63,579 bases of DNA, filler included, from Octopus bimaculoides (GCF_001194135.2; 12 parts of 11 records of this genome joined end to end with filler, not necessarily neighbours in it); one strand, 5' to 3'; shown: positions 49,255 to 61,329, counted from the whole stretch's first letter. Numbers and translations are program-made. The notes: generated by a model not told the origin, from the sequence alone.

Positions 49255-50314
49255 AGAGAGAGAGTGCGAGAGAGAATGTGCGCGAGAGAGAGAGAGAAGA
49301 CGCACGAGAGAGAGTGCGTGCGCGCGTAAAAGAGAGAGAGTGTGCGTATGCGCTAGAGAGTGTGCGTATGCGCGAGAGTGTGTGCGTGTGCGCAAGAGAG
49401 TGCGCGCGCGCGAGAGAGAGTGTGCGTGAGCTTCCTTGCTTGTGTTATGTGTGTCGTATGTCAGCGCATGCGTCCTTCCCAAAACATCCAGTGATTTAAA
49501 GATTTGTATGTCGATTGACTTTGAGCGCGTCACTCAAAACAGGCCACAGAGCAAAGTTAGAGTGAGAAACCGTATCCTTAGGCTGACAATCCAACAGAAT
49601 TGGTTGATGGTAATATAAGCGCCATCCCGTCACAGATGGCTTTGTGAGCGTACGTGTGTACTGGCATCTTTTATCCTTACATTTTACTTGTTTCAGTCCT
49701 TGGACTGCGGCCATGCTTTAGCATCACCTTAGAGGGTTAAGACGAAAAGTTGACCTCAGTACTTATTCATTTAGCAAATCAACAGCGATTGTCAAGTGGT
49801 TGGGAACAAACACAAACACGCATACACATAACGGGATTCCACACAGTTTTCTGTTACCAAATTCACTCACAAGGCTTTGGGCGGTTCGGAGACTATGGTA
49901 GAATGCATTTGTCCAAAGAGAATGGGGAGAAAAGAGGGGATAATGTGTGGAGCCAAAGTTAATTTCTTAATCTTTCAATTATCTATGTACCAATCTTAAT
50001 GAATACAATTTCTGCAGTAGGTAAAAAGGAAAATATCGACTTCTAAATTAGAATAATAGAACCGATTGGCAATATCACTTTATCACCAGGTTCGTTTACT
50101 ACAAAATTTAGTGTACATACAAGTATGCGTGCGCGCGTGCAACTAAGTATATATATGCGCGTGTGCTATTCCTGTAGCGTCTCAAAATCAAAAGTAATAT
50201 GTTTGTGGGTTAAGAATGTGTGTGTATAGCTCATGTTGAATGTACGACAGTTATTCCACACGGGTTTACACCGGTTATCTGAGACATTAAAACTACACTA
50301 GACAACGTACTCCA

Positions 50315-50352
<38 letters not shown>

Positions 50353-50662
50353 NNNNNNNNNNNNNNNNNNNNNNNNNNNNNNNNNNNNNNNNNNNNNNNN
50401 NNNNNNNNNNNNNNNNNNNNNNNNNNNNNNNNNNNNNNNNNNNNNNNNNNNNNNNNNNNNNNNNNNNNNNNNNNNNNNNNNNNNNNNNNNNNNNNNNNNN
50501 NNNNNNNNNNNNNNNNNNNNNNNNNNNNNNNNNNNNNNNNNNNNNNNNNNNNNNNNNNNNNNNNNNNNTATATATATATATATACATACATACATATATA
50601 GAAAGAGAGAGAGAGGGAGGGGGAGAGATAGAAGACAAGTAGATAAACAATATATATAAGTT

Positions 50663-50703
<41 letters not shown>

Positions 50704-50984
50704 AAAAGAGAGAGAGAAAAAGAGAGAGAGAATAAGAGTGTGAGAGATTGGAGGGGGTGTGAAGAACAAAACAGGTTAAAAATAAAAATCGGTGACAAAG
50801 CAAAAGTTCTTGTATACGTGACAATAAGGGTGGACAATGGGTATCACCCACGTACTGGAGATGGTTGGTTGGCGGTCGGGTGTTAGCACAGAGAGAGTAA
50901 GAGAAAGAGAGAGACTGAAAAAAGAGCGGTGGTATAAAGTAGAAATGAGAGAGAAACGATAGAATCCGATATATGAAACATTGT

Positions 50985-51343
50985 TTCTTTTACTCGTTTC
51001 AGTCATTTGACTGCGTCCATGCTGGGGTACTGCCTTGAAAGGGGTATTAGTCAAACGAATCCAGTCCGGTATTTATTTTGCAAAACCTGGGACTTATTCT
51101 ATCGGTTACTTATGCCGAACCGCTAAGTGACAGGGACATAAACACGCCAACATCGGTTGTCAAGTGGTGGTGGAGGAACACAACACACACACAGAGTTCC
51201 CTTTAATTTCCGTCCATCAAATCCATTCAGAAAGATTTCGCCAGTCCGGGCCTACAATAGAAGACAGTTGCAAAGATGCCACGCAGTGGGATTGAGCCGG
51301 GAAGCATGTAGTTGGAAAGCAAGCTTTTTACCACACAGCCACG
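50985..51343 (-). mobile_element. SINE family A (complete, diverged)
   Basis: Reverse complement runs from gtggctgtgtggtaaaaagcttgctttccaactac (head) to gactgaaacgagtaaaag (tail). Confidence 0.85.
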
Positions 51344-51727
51344 TAGATAGATTTTTTTTTAGAAAATACATAATGATATATATATATGTATATAATCTTA
51401 TCTTATCTGCTTCAGTCTTTGGACTGCGCCCATACTGGAGTAGCGCCATAAAAGTCGATCCCGGCACTTTTGTTTTCTAACTGATACTTATTCTATATTG
51501 CTCCTTCGCCAAACGGCCAAGTTACGGAAATGTAAACAAAACAACACCGGTTAAGTGGTCGTGGAGAACAAACGGCACACGCAAACACATATATAACAAT
51601 AAATGTGAGTGTGGATGTATGTGAGTACGTGTTGCTATTTAGCCCCAGGGCAGGCTTAGCTGAACAGTGCTTTCATGTTCTAGGTGTGTGTATGTACGTA
51701 TCACACACAATTGTGTGTGTGTAGAGA

Positions 51728-51803
<76 letters not shown>

Positions 51804-52228
51804 AAAAGAGAGAAAGAGAAAGATACGATAGCAGAAAATCAAAGTATATGTTTCTTTAGTGAAGGCAGGAACATCAATCACATTCCACGTTCATAGCGAC
51901 AGCTAAGCTTCGTCGACATGAAAGTAGATATTACTATTTCATTAACTATATCGTAACCACATTAAAATGACATATGAAGACCATGAACAGAGACTAACAA
52001 CCAAAGTTATGGGGCGAAAAGCAGTTATGGTACACAGTCTCCTACACGGGATCATTCGAAGCCAGGACAAGTTATAAACGTCATCTCTGTAGTACAGGAT
52101 ATATTCCCACCAGAGATGTGGAAAGAGAATCATGCACATTTAAGACTCCCACGAATTGGCGACTGTTAGATTGGTGGACTAAGCCAATATTTTCTGATTG
52201 AAGGTTCATGATTGATTATATTAGATGA

Positions 52229-52396
52229 GTCAATATTGGCCCAACGCTTGTAGAGTGAATATTGCCCCAACGCTTGTAGAGTCAATATTGGCCCAACGCT
52301 TGTAGAGTCAATATTGGCCCAACGCTTGTAGAGTCAATATTGGCCCAACGCTTGTAGAGTCAATATTGGCCCAACGCTTGTAGAGTCAATATTGGC
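52229..52396. repeat. 26-bp minisatellite
   Basis: gtcaatattggcccaacgcttgtaga x6.5 head-to-tail with no spacers; copy 2 has two substitutions; the array runs into a gap. Confidence 0.95.
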
Positions 52397-52496
52397 NNNN
52401 NNNNNNNNNNNNNNNNNNNNNNNNNNNNNNNNNNNNNNNNTTAATTAATTAANNNNNNNNNNNNNNNNNNNNNNNNNNNNNNNNNNNNNNNNNNNN

Positions 52497-52891
52497 TAGC
52501 TTATAACTGGGACAGCTAAAGTGTTGATACCCATTATCTTGTTTTTAGCATTGAGCTCTGTTTTTAGTATTGATCTAACTCGTCTATAGTACTCTTTCTT
52601 TATTTTTTCTTTCATTTGTGTATGTTGTATCCTATCTAGTTCATTGACTCCTAAATACTTATATGGTTGGCTTTCGTCTAGTTCTCTTATTTCATTGGCT
52701 TTATCTAGTGTTATATTGCTACTTTTAACTAATTTTCCTCTTTTCAGGGTTGCTTTGGCACATTTTTCTAATCCGAATTTCATTTCTATTTCCTTGGTAA
52801 AGCCGTGTACTGTCTGTAGTAGTGTTTCTAGCTCTTTGTCGTTTTTTGCATATAATTTTAGGTCATCTTATAATTTTAGGTCATCTTATAA

Positions 52892-52895
<4 letters not shown>
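52497..52895 (-). mobile_element. R4/Dong-clade non-LTR retrotransposon, copy 2 (5'-truncated at the RT DD motif; 3' part lost in gap)
   Basis: DDLKLYAKNDKELETLLQTVHGFTKEIEMKFGLEKCA...YKYLGV...MKEKIKKEYYRRVRSILKTELNAKNKIMGINTLAVPVIS; 18-bp tandem duplication at the 5' junction next to (AAT)n. Confidence 0.85.
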
Positions 52896-52950
<55 letters not shown>

Positions 52951-52951
<1 letters not shown>

Positions 52952-54527
52952 CTTCGTAAAACAGTGTAGGTAAAAATGCACCGGAGTCATCTGTTAAGTC
53001 ACATGAAGGATCTCAGACAGATAATACTTTCCTTAAGATGTGTACTGTGCAAAATAAGGCTTCTTTCTGCAAGACATCAATCTTGCATGGGATTTCCAGT
53101 TGCCTTAAGAAGTTTTGAAGTTTCAACAGGATTGAGCCCAGCACTCCGATCGACACTAGCATCGCTTTTACATTACCCTCTCGCATCCCATACAGTCTTG
53201 CCATTTCCACTTTCAATTCAGTGTACATGATGATTTTTTCAACCTCTTTACTCACAACATTCATGTCATTTGGCATGGCTGCATCAATGATCTGACAGTA
53301 TTTGTCTCTCTTAGTCAATATGACAATATCCGGTCGAAGCTGTTCGATTACATGATCTGTCTAAAAATCATAGTCCCAAAGTATCGTTACTTTTCCATCC
53401 TCCTGCATCAAGTTACTTGGAACATGCTCATACCAGTTCTCTGTTACTTCATATTGGTATTTACGGTATAAGAGCCAATGAAGATACACACACACTTTAT
53501 CGTGGCGGCGCTTGTATTCTTTTTGTGCAAGTTTCTCACATCCACTTAGCAAGTGGGTCACATTTGCCACACTCTTCCTACAGTGTTATACTTCACTGAA
53601 TTGGTAACGAGAATCTGGTCGTATGCAGCAATGATCAGGCTTTCAGTGGTACACTTCAAATCACCTCGCTGAAGCCATACCTACGATACTGTATTATCCT
53701 TAACGTCTTGTGCATTTCTTTCAAACTGTCCATGTGTTTTCATTTCAAGATGATCTTTTCTCTTCTCCTCAGCTCTTTGGTTAAACTCTTCCTCGCCCAT
53801 CATTTAATCTGCATTTACACCCATATATTTCGCGGCATATTGCAGCAGGTCTTCATCACTATTTATGAAATACTCGGCAAGCGTTCTCCTTTCACTCCTT
53901 ATACAACTGTCTATACTAATTAGTCTTCGGTCACCAGTCTTTCTTTTCATATACAGTCTGTTTAAGTTTGCCTTAGGGTGCAGCGCCCTATGCAGTGTAA
54001 TCAACTTCTTCGTCCTTCTATCCATTGTTGATATTTCCTCCTTTGTCCATTTGATGATGGATGCACTATATCTGACCTCCGCAACTGCTCAGGTATTCAT
54101 TGTTGCAGTAATAAAATTTTTGGCATTCAGGTTGGATTTCAACACCATCTTCACCCCTTTTTGATACGCCTCGCTGACATTGACTTTCTTTTCTCTGTGT
54201 AGAATGTCATCCAGCTAGAATGTCATGGTATCTCCTGATGGCAACCGCAATCCTCTGCAGGCTGCTTTCTTCCTTCATTTCATATTAAGTACTGAGCATT
54301 TGGTAATCCCAAATTTTATACCAATGTCCCTACCACACTTCTGGACTGTTTTGGTCATGGAATCTATTGGTTTTTCAGATTGCCTAGACAATTTTATGTC
54401 ATCCATAAACAGAAGTTGTTTCAATGATGGGTCTTTCTTCCCACATCGGTAACCCATCTTAACTTTCCTAAGTGTCATTGCTGTAATTTCCCCTCAAAAA
54501 GTAGAGCAATAGCTCGGAGAAGATTCC
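52951..54527 (-). mobile_element. R4/Dong-clade non-LTR retrotransposon with REL endonuclease, copy 1 (5'-truncated, decayed)
   Basis: GIF...LLFMDDIKL...KFGITKC; DRRTKKLITLHRALHPKANLNRLY; HLLSGCEKLAQKEYKRRHD; RPDIV...CQIIDAAMPND...KIIMYTEL...LQKEALFCTVHILRKVLSV-stop; (AAT)n tracts on both sides (52895-52950, 54528-54544). Confidence 0.9.
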
Positions 54528-54544
54528 TTATTATTATTATTATT

Positions 54545-55110
54545 GTCTTCTATTTTTCTTGTGTCTTCTCGAAAGTATATTATTTGTTGGCATTCCTCAA
54601 TCACTTTCTGCAAGGTTAGTTCAATATCTTGATTCAACCTTGATAATATTCTTTTTTCTAATTTCCGCGTCTTCCGTTGCCACAAGCCCTTTAACGAATA
54701 TTAGACACCTCAATATATTTGGCGTTAATCTCTAAGCTTAAACTTGTCACAAGCCTTATTAACAATACTGGGATATGTTACAAAGTCGTCGGATTCATTC
54801 TTCTTTAAATTTAAACATTCCAGCCGAATGTTAAACAGCGAACTTTTTTCTCTAACAATATTAGTTAAAATATTTATCGTTTCATCAAAACACAATTCCG
54901 TGGGCTTTCTGGGCAAAATGAAGTTACAAAAACTTTCATGTTCCAGAGGGGCAAGTTTTTTCAAAAGGAGCCTTACTATCCTTTCACTAGACCATCCCTT
55001 GCATTCCTCTCAGAATAAGTCCTCGTATCGTCTGTAATACGCGGTAAAGGTAGTTCCTTCATCCGGTTTGTACTGAAATTTTTCGATAGAGTTTGCAACA
55101 CCAACCGCTG
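54545..55110 (-). mobile_element. Ty3/Gypsy (K02A2.6-like) gag remnant interrupted by the R4/Dong element
   Basis: ANSIEKFQYKPDEGTTFTAYYRRYEDLF*...RLLLKKLAPLEHESFCNFILPRKP...EKSSLFNIRLECLNL...FKCLIFVKGL...IRKRILSRL...TLQKVIEECQ, with stops and a frameshift. Confidence 0.85.
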
Positions 55111-55734
55111 AAAATGGAGCAAACTCAAATACAACAACGCGCGGATTTACACAGCTCACCAAACTCTCTGCACATCTCCATTTACATTGTGGCACAGTCC
55201 ATTAGGAGCCAACCAAATAGGGGTGTTCTACTTCCACACAACAGCTTTATTTCTTTTTCGATAATTATACCACAATAGTATGCATTACTGCAGCACGACA
55301 AAATTGATGAATTAGTTTGAAATGCCGAATGCAAATTCTATTGTGGATCTATTGGCAACATTGTGAATCAGACCGAATTCTGTTTTACTTATATTTAAGC
55401 TTACAAATTTAATTTGAGTACAACTATGATAGACTAAATCAGGATAGCTTCATGAATGCAACTACTTCAATGCTTTGAAACAACATCCCCAAAATTCTGA
55501 AAGTCACCATAACAAGATTTGATTGACTTGAACTTTTATAACAACGCCGGTGAAAGCACAAGTGCTACTGCTTTTCTGGATGGTTGTGACCTTCCATCTC
55601 TCATCCATATCAGTATATATATNNNNNNNNNNNNNNNNNNNNNNNNNNNNNNNNNNTATATATATATATATATATATATATATGCTGATAGCGTGGATAT
55701 GTTTATAATTAGAAGAGAAAAATTTTGACTATAC

Positions 55735-55871
55735 CTGAAGTTTTCCATTGTTTTTTGTGATATAATATGTAAAGTAGAGACTTTTGCCTGCAGGAGCTCG
55801 AATATTTGGAAATACAAATTTTGACGTGTGTCCAGGTTGGCCCTTTGAAGAGTCTGTGTACATATAATATA
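55735..55871 (-). CDS. Exon of a MAM-domain-like protein
   Basis: tctttttgttctttcag|TA TAT TAT ATG...CTT CAG|gtatag; reads (V)YYMYTDSSKGQPGHTSKFVFPNIRAPAGKSLYFTYYITKNNGKLQ, matching the MAM YYMY.ESS.G.PG..A.L.SP...CL.F.Y....G.L segment; phase 1 in, matching exon 58263. Confidence 0.75.
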
Positions 55872-56357
55872 CTGAAAGAACAAAAAGATTCTATAAATCG
55901 AAGACAGAAAACAAGAACATCTATGATATGTTCTTTTATTACCAAAGGAGATGATACAGGAAGGGAATTACAACATCATTTCTTCTTCCACCTATTCTAA
56001 ATATGATGATCAGTATAGGCTACTATAAATGTTGTTACAAGGAACATCACGGTTATATCAGCAGCAGCAACGGCAACAACAACAACTACTACTACTATTA
56101 CTATACAATTCTTGAATTTAGCAAAATGTCAAAATTCGCATATAATGTATTTGCATATACTTAGAGATTTTCTCTAACTCGGTGTATTTGCTTAATATCT
56201 GTATTGATTTGGAAGGTATTTTACTTTTAATTCAGACATGTAAGTAATATTACTTATCATAAAACATAATAAAATAAATTATCTTTCAATGTTTTAAGTT
56301 GCGAAACAATTGTTGTGATAATAGAATTCCCAATGGTTAAATAAATTTTATCATACT

Positions 56358-56397
<40 letters not shown>

Positions 56398-58262
56398 GGT
56401 TTCAGAACTTTCCACCTGAAATCCGAAAAAGACTTTTGGTTTGGTTCACAAATCCTATTGGCTATGCATACATATTTATGGCAAAATAGTTATTCCCCCG
56501 TGAACTCATATCAGGGAAATATTCAGCAAATAACCTGTGTAGTTCACCCTGATATTGTTTCTAATAAGTGTTTTTTTCCATATATAAGCAATTCAATAAC
56601 TAAACGTCAGAGAGTTGATACTTAATCTATAAAATTTACATTTTTATTATGCGGTTTGATAAACATTTTACTTGATCTCTAGAAAAGATAGCAGATTTTG
56701 CTCAGAATCGAATCTATGCTATCTCTGTCTACAGTAAGGTGTTGCTTATTTTTACCAAAATTTACCATGTTTAATAATAGATAAACAGTGAGCACTAAAC
56801 AGCTTACACAGAAAGGTAAACTAGATATTTGATATTTATTATAGACAATGATATAATGTGATGTCTGTGATAAGTTGTCGGGAAGCTGTAATAACCTACT
56901 TCTTTTATGCGCAACAAAATGCAGATAAAACTTTTTAGAGAGTTACCATTTTCTTATGAAAAGGCTTCGATTCGAACATCTTATCAGATCGTCTTAATAC
57001 AGCCTTACACTCTGTTCACTCAGCAAGGTTGTTTAGAGAATATTCTCTAACAATTCACATTCTGTTTCACTCTCACATACGCACTTAGGGTGACAAAAAC
57101 AAAAATATATTTAGCAAACTCACAATCTGTTAAGTTTTCTCTCGCTTATATGAACAAAAAGAGATACCAGTAATTCACTAATATAAATATCTTACATGTC
57201 CATACACAAATCATCCGACTGAATTGTGCTTTCCTTGTTTTTAACAAGTTTCTGATAGTCAAGTAACAAGAATATTTGTATTGATTTAAGAATTTGTATT
57301 TATGTGATTTTAATCTTTCAACGCTTCATTGTTTCATTTAGAGACAGCTCAACTTTTACATTTATTTTTCATTTTTTACTTGCTTCAGTCATTTGACTGT
57401 AGCTAATACAGTGCTTTGATTTGAAATATTTTACAATACTTCCATTTTATATTACGTTTTAATTCTTTTGGTTTTCAAGCGTTTGATTTTAAAGTAAGAA
57501 TATTCATTTTTAATCTATTAATATTCTTACAAATTAGATCACTGTCAAGTATATAAAAACTGAACTGTAGAATAATGGATAATGTTAATAACCATTGGTG
57601 TAAAATGTATTTTTCTAATCTAACTCTAACTCAAAAGTAAAGAAAACCATTTTGAATTCGTAGTCCGTTTCTATGCACACTACTGGAAATTATTATTATA
57701 CATTAAAAATTAGTGATTTTCCCCGCCCCGCCACATTTTCCATCCGAATATATATTGATCACTGTCAGTTAAAAAGATGTAGCGTATAATGACTCCCGTG
57801 AAATATGTAACTAGCCATCACCGATCATCAACCTGTAACGCTTTATTAAGCGCAATTTCTTGTACTGGTGAGTTTGAAACAAATCACAGGAAAACAAATC
57901 TGGTAAGTTTACAATTATATTACATAAATATCATAAAACAGGTTTCTTAAGCTACACAATTTACGATTATAATATCTCCTATAGATACAAGTCCACTTTT
58001 TATAGAAGGTATATTTAATCAATCCCAAATATTTCTATTACCAACCTCACTCAGGTTCACATCCGAAATTCAGTAGGCTTAAATTCTAGTTATCCCAGGC
58101 TGTTTCTCAGAGAAGAGAGGTGACATTAGAGAGGAAATGTGCAACATACAATGTTCTTTACAAGTTCATCAGCGTTGTAGACAATGGAACACTTAATATT
58201 CACCTAAACACTAGTTAGATAATAGTTTATGGAATATAAAATTATGATTGTAACTAATTTAC

Positions 58263-58430
58263 CTGAATAATAATATTTGCTGTTATCTGGTCTGGGTAAG
58301 AAATGAGTCATATAAGACGTACTCCTGTAGGATTCTTGCTGCCATGTATATTCAGTATTCTCTGGACAATCCACGTTATAATCACAAAGATGTGGTTCTT
58401 TAAATTCACAGAAATGATGCGTAATACCCA
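58263..58430 (-). CDS. Exon of a MAM-domain-like protein (domain start)
   Basis: atttctttcaacag|TG GGT...TAT TCA G|gtaaat; 168 nt, phase 1-1; reads GITHHFCEFKEPHLCDYNVDCPENTEYTWQQESYRSTSYMTHFLPRPDNSKYYYS, with the MAM C.F....C.Y......W...P..D pattern. Confidence 0.75.
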
Positions 58431-58784
58431 CTGTTGAAAGAAATTATCAAAACATTGATTTCGAAATTTAGTATTTGTAAGATTTTATATATTTCTTATT
58501 CCATTTAGAAATTTTCATTCCCTGTCTTTGCTTAAAATAATACAGATTCGTTAGTAAAAAATATTTCCTAATATATAGAGTTCTTATTTTATTTCTTCAG
58601 TAACTTTTCATCATATCAAATATTAGTAAGATTTTGGTAACTTATATGAAAGATTACGTGGGATAATGCTTGATACTCGTATTANNNNNNNNNNNNNNNN
58701 NNNNNNNNNNNNNNNNNNNNNNNNNNNNTTAATTAATTAANNNNNNNNNNNNNNNNNNNNNNNNNNNNNNNNNNNNNNNNNNNN

Positions 58785-58815
<31 letters not shown>

Positions 58816-59682
58816 AACGGCGTAATATACGTTTCTCAAACAAAGACTGTAGACACTGTGCTTTACCAAATTACATCGTAATGTTTTGTGGTGTAGTCAG
58901 TTACTATTCCTAACTAGGAAATCATTTCGCTTCATTTACATCATCGATAATGCTGGTTTAATTTATGAAAGACAATGTTTTGTCAATTGGTCCTCTTCTG
59001 CACGAGTTTTCGTTTCAATAAAATCGCAACTAATTTCTGATTCCTGATGCTTTAAATAGTCTAATTTATGACTAGCTGCCTTAATCTTATTTAATTATTC
59101 CCCCCTAATTAAAACGTATAGTTCTATGTCCTAAACTTTTCTTGCAAAAACACTAGTGTAATTCTAACAGATTGTAACAACAGATAACTCATCACGAGAT
59201 GGTTTCACAACAAAATACGTCTCTATTCTTCTTAATTTCAATTTGACGTAATCAGTAAAATTATTAAGATTCTATAACTAGACATGTTATCAATAATAGC
59301 TATATCCAATCAATAAAATTACCGAAACGGCGTATGAAATGACATTATCAAATTGATATAATCAATAATCTTTTCCAAGTGACTTTCACAATAACATTAT
59401 CACCGTGATGTCAGTTTGTAAATTCATCAAAATATATTGCGTACGAGTTTTAATCGATACCAAATGATTCTGTTGTTTGACTTGCCGTTCAACACAAATA
59501 CTATAACATTTAACACTTTCGTTTGTTACTATTAGTATTAGTATTACTATTTTTTCTATCTTATTTTATTTTTCTTACACAAACCATTCAGATATAATTT
59601 TCAGACGTATAGTAATTATTATCTCGATAAACACATTAGTCAGAAGTCAGTGAAATGACTTCTACATTTATTTTAGGATTAC

Positions 59683-59787
59683 GCAAGTTGCATTGTACTG
59701 GAAATAGTTTCAGTGATGGTGGTTTGGTTCCAGGATACGATCTCAGTACGTGTGTGACTTGTACCATAGCTTGAGTTTGATCAATAT
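59683..59787 (-). CDS. Probable upstream exon of the MAM-like gene
   Basis: ctcataag|AT ATT GAT...AAC TTG C|gtaatc; 105 nt, phase 1-1, in frame with exon 58430; reads IDQTQAMVQVTHVLRSYPGTKPPSLKLFPVQCNL. Confidence 0.55.
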
Positions 59788-59801
59788 CTTATGAGATTTT
59801 A

Positions 59802-60020
59802 AGGCGGCGAGCTGGCAGAAACGTTAGCACGCAGGGCGAAATGCTTAGCGGTATTTCGTCTGTCTTTACGTTCTGAGTTCAAATTATACTGAGGTCGACT
59901 TTGTCTTCCATCCTTTCGGGGTCGATAAATTAAGTACCAGTTGCGTACTGGGGTTGATTTAATCGACTGGCGCCCCTCCCACCAAATTTCGGGGCTTGTG
60001 CCTAGAATATGAAAGAATAC
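59802..60020 (+). mobile_element. SINE family B with a perfect 14-bp TSD
   Basis: Flanked by cttatgagatttta at 59788-59801 and 60021-60034. Confidence 0.92.
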
Positions 60021-60189
60021 CTTATGAGATTTTAGCTCAACGAAAGCAGTGTGGAAAACCGTCGTTTAATATGCATGAACGAACGTACATACGTACATAC
60101 CCTGTTGATGTTGTTGAAATTCCAATGAAGGAGCCTTGGATCTAGGTTAGAAACCGGCTCTTTCTATTATTGGCGAGAACTCTTGAAGT

Positions 60190-60408
60190 AAAACTGGCCT
60201 AAATACCAATCTTCAGAAATTAGGCTTCTCAAAACAAGAAAGGAGAAAACTAATTCAAAGACTGCAGATCCAGTCTATCACTGGAACTGTAAAAATCTGT
60301 AAAACTTTCCAAAAGTTTATCACTTAAATATATATGAGCATGTCTAGATATGTAAGTATATGCATGAGAATACATACTGAAAGCAAAACATACATACATA
60401 CATACATA
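60190..60408 (+). mobile_element. 3' end of a probable REL-type non-LTR retrotransposon with a (CATA)n tail
   Basis: KTGLNTNLQKLGFSKQERRKLIQRLQIQSITGTVKICKTFQKFIT-stop parallels the LQK.AL.GT..I.R..L C-terminus of REL elements; short 3' UTR then catacatacata. Confidence 0.55.
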
Positions 60409-60493
60409 TCTTGTTGATTTTGATATTCCAATGAAGGCGCCTTGGATCTAGGTTAGAAACCGGCTCTTTCTCTGTGGTAAGAAATCTTGAAAT

Positions 60494-60800
60494 AGGAGCA
60501 ACTCTGTCGGTTACGACGACGAGGGTCCCAGCTGATCCGATCAACGGAACAGCATGCTCGTGAAATTAACTTGCAAGTGGCTGAGTATTCCACAGACACG
60601 TGTACCCCTAACGTAGTTCTCAGGGACATTCAGCGTGACACAGAGTGTGACGAGGCTGGCCCTTTGAAATACAGACACTACCCAATTTTGTCAGCTGAAT
60701 GGACTGGAGCAACGTGAAATAGAATGTCTTGCTCAAGGACACAACGCGTCGCCGGGAATTGAACTCACGACCTTACGATCGTGAGCCGAATGCCCTAACT
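60494..60800 (-). mobile_element. SINE family D with an 11-bp TSD
   Basis: tRNA-like head at 60800-60740 (gttagggcattcggctcacgatcgtaaggtcgtgagttcaattcccgg); TSD aatcttgaaat at 60483-60493 and 60801-60811. Confidence 0.9.
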
Positions 60801-61225
60801 AATCTTGAAATCAACTGAACAATCACATACGTACATACATACATGCATGCACGCACACACACACGTGTATGCTTGTGTGTCTGAGCATACACATGATGTA
60901 CGTAACCAAATGGAATAACGTTAAATCCTGTACCATTCCGTAAAATTTGTTAAATGTTGGTTGTGGAGGGAGTATTAGCTCCCTTGCTCACAGCAAACGG
61001 ACACAGATGGTGTGTCAGTGTAGCCAGCAGGAAAAGATGCTTTCCTGGGGCTAAACAATAGTAACATTGTCCTAATCAGGGCTGCCACTTTACGTTGGTA
61101 AATAAACTTTACCCTAGAGTACTGTTATTACTTATTTCATGATCAGAGATTAAAACTAATTGATTTTTTTTCTTTTTTTTTATATATATGTATATGTATA
61201 TGTATATATATATATGTATATGTAT

Positions 61226-61329
<104 letters not shown>

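Noticed and set aside
52229-52396. CRISPR-like array of 26-bp repeats
   Set aside because: Units are head-to-tail with no spacers, there are no cas genes, and the context is eukaryotic; it is a minisatellite.
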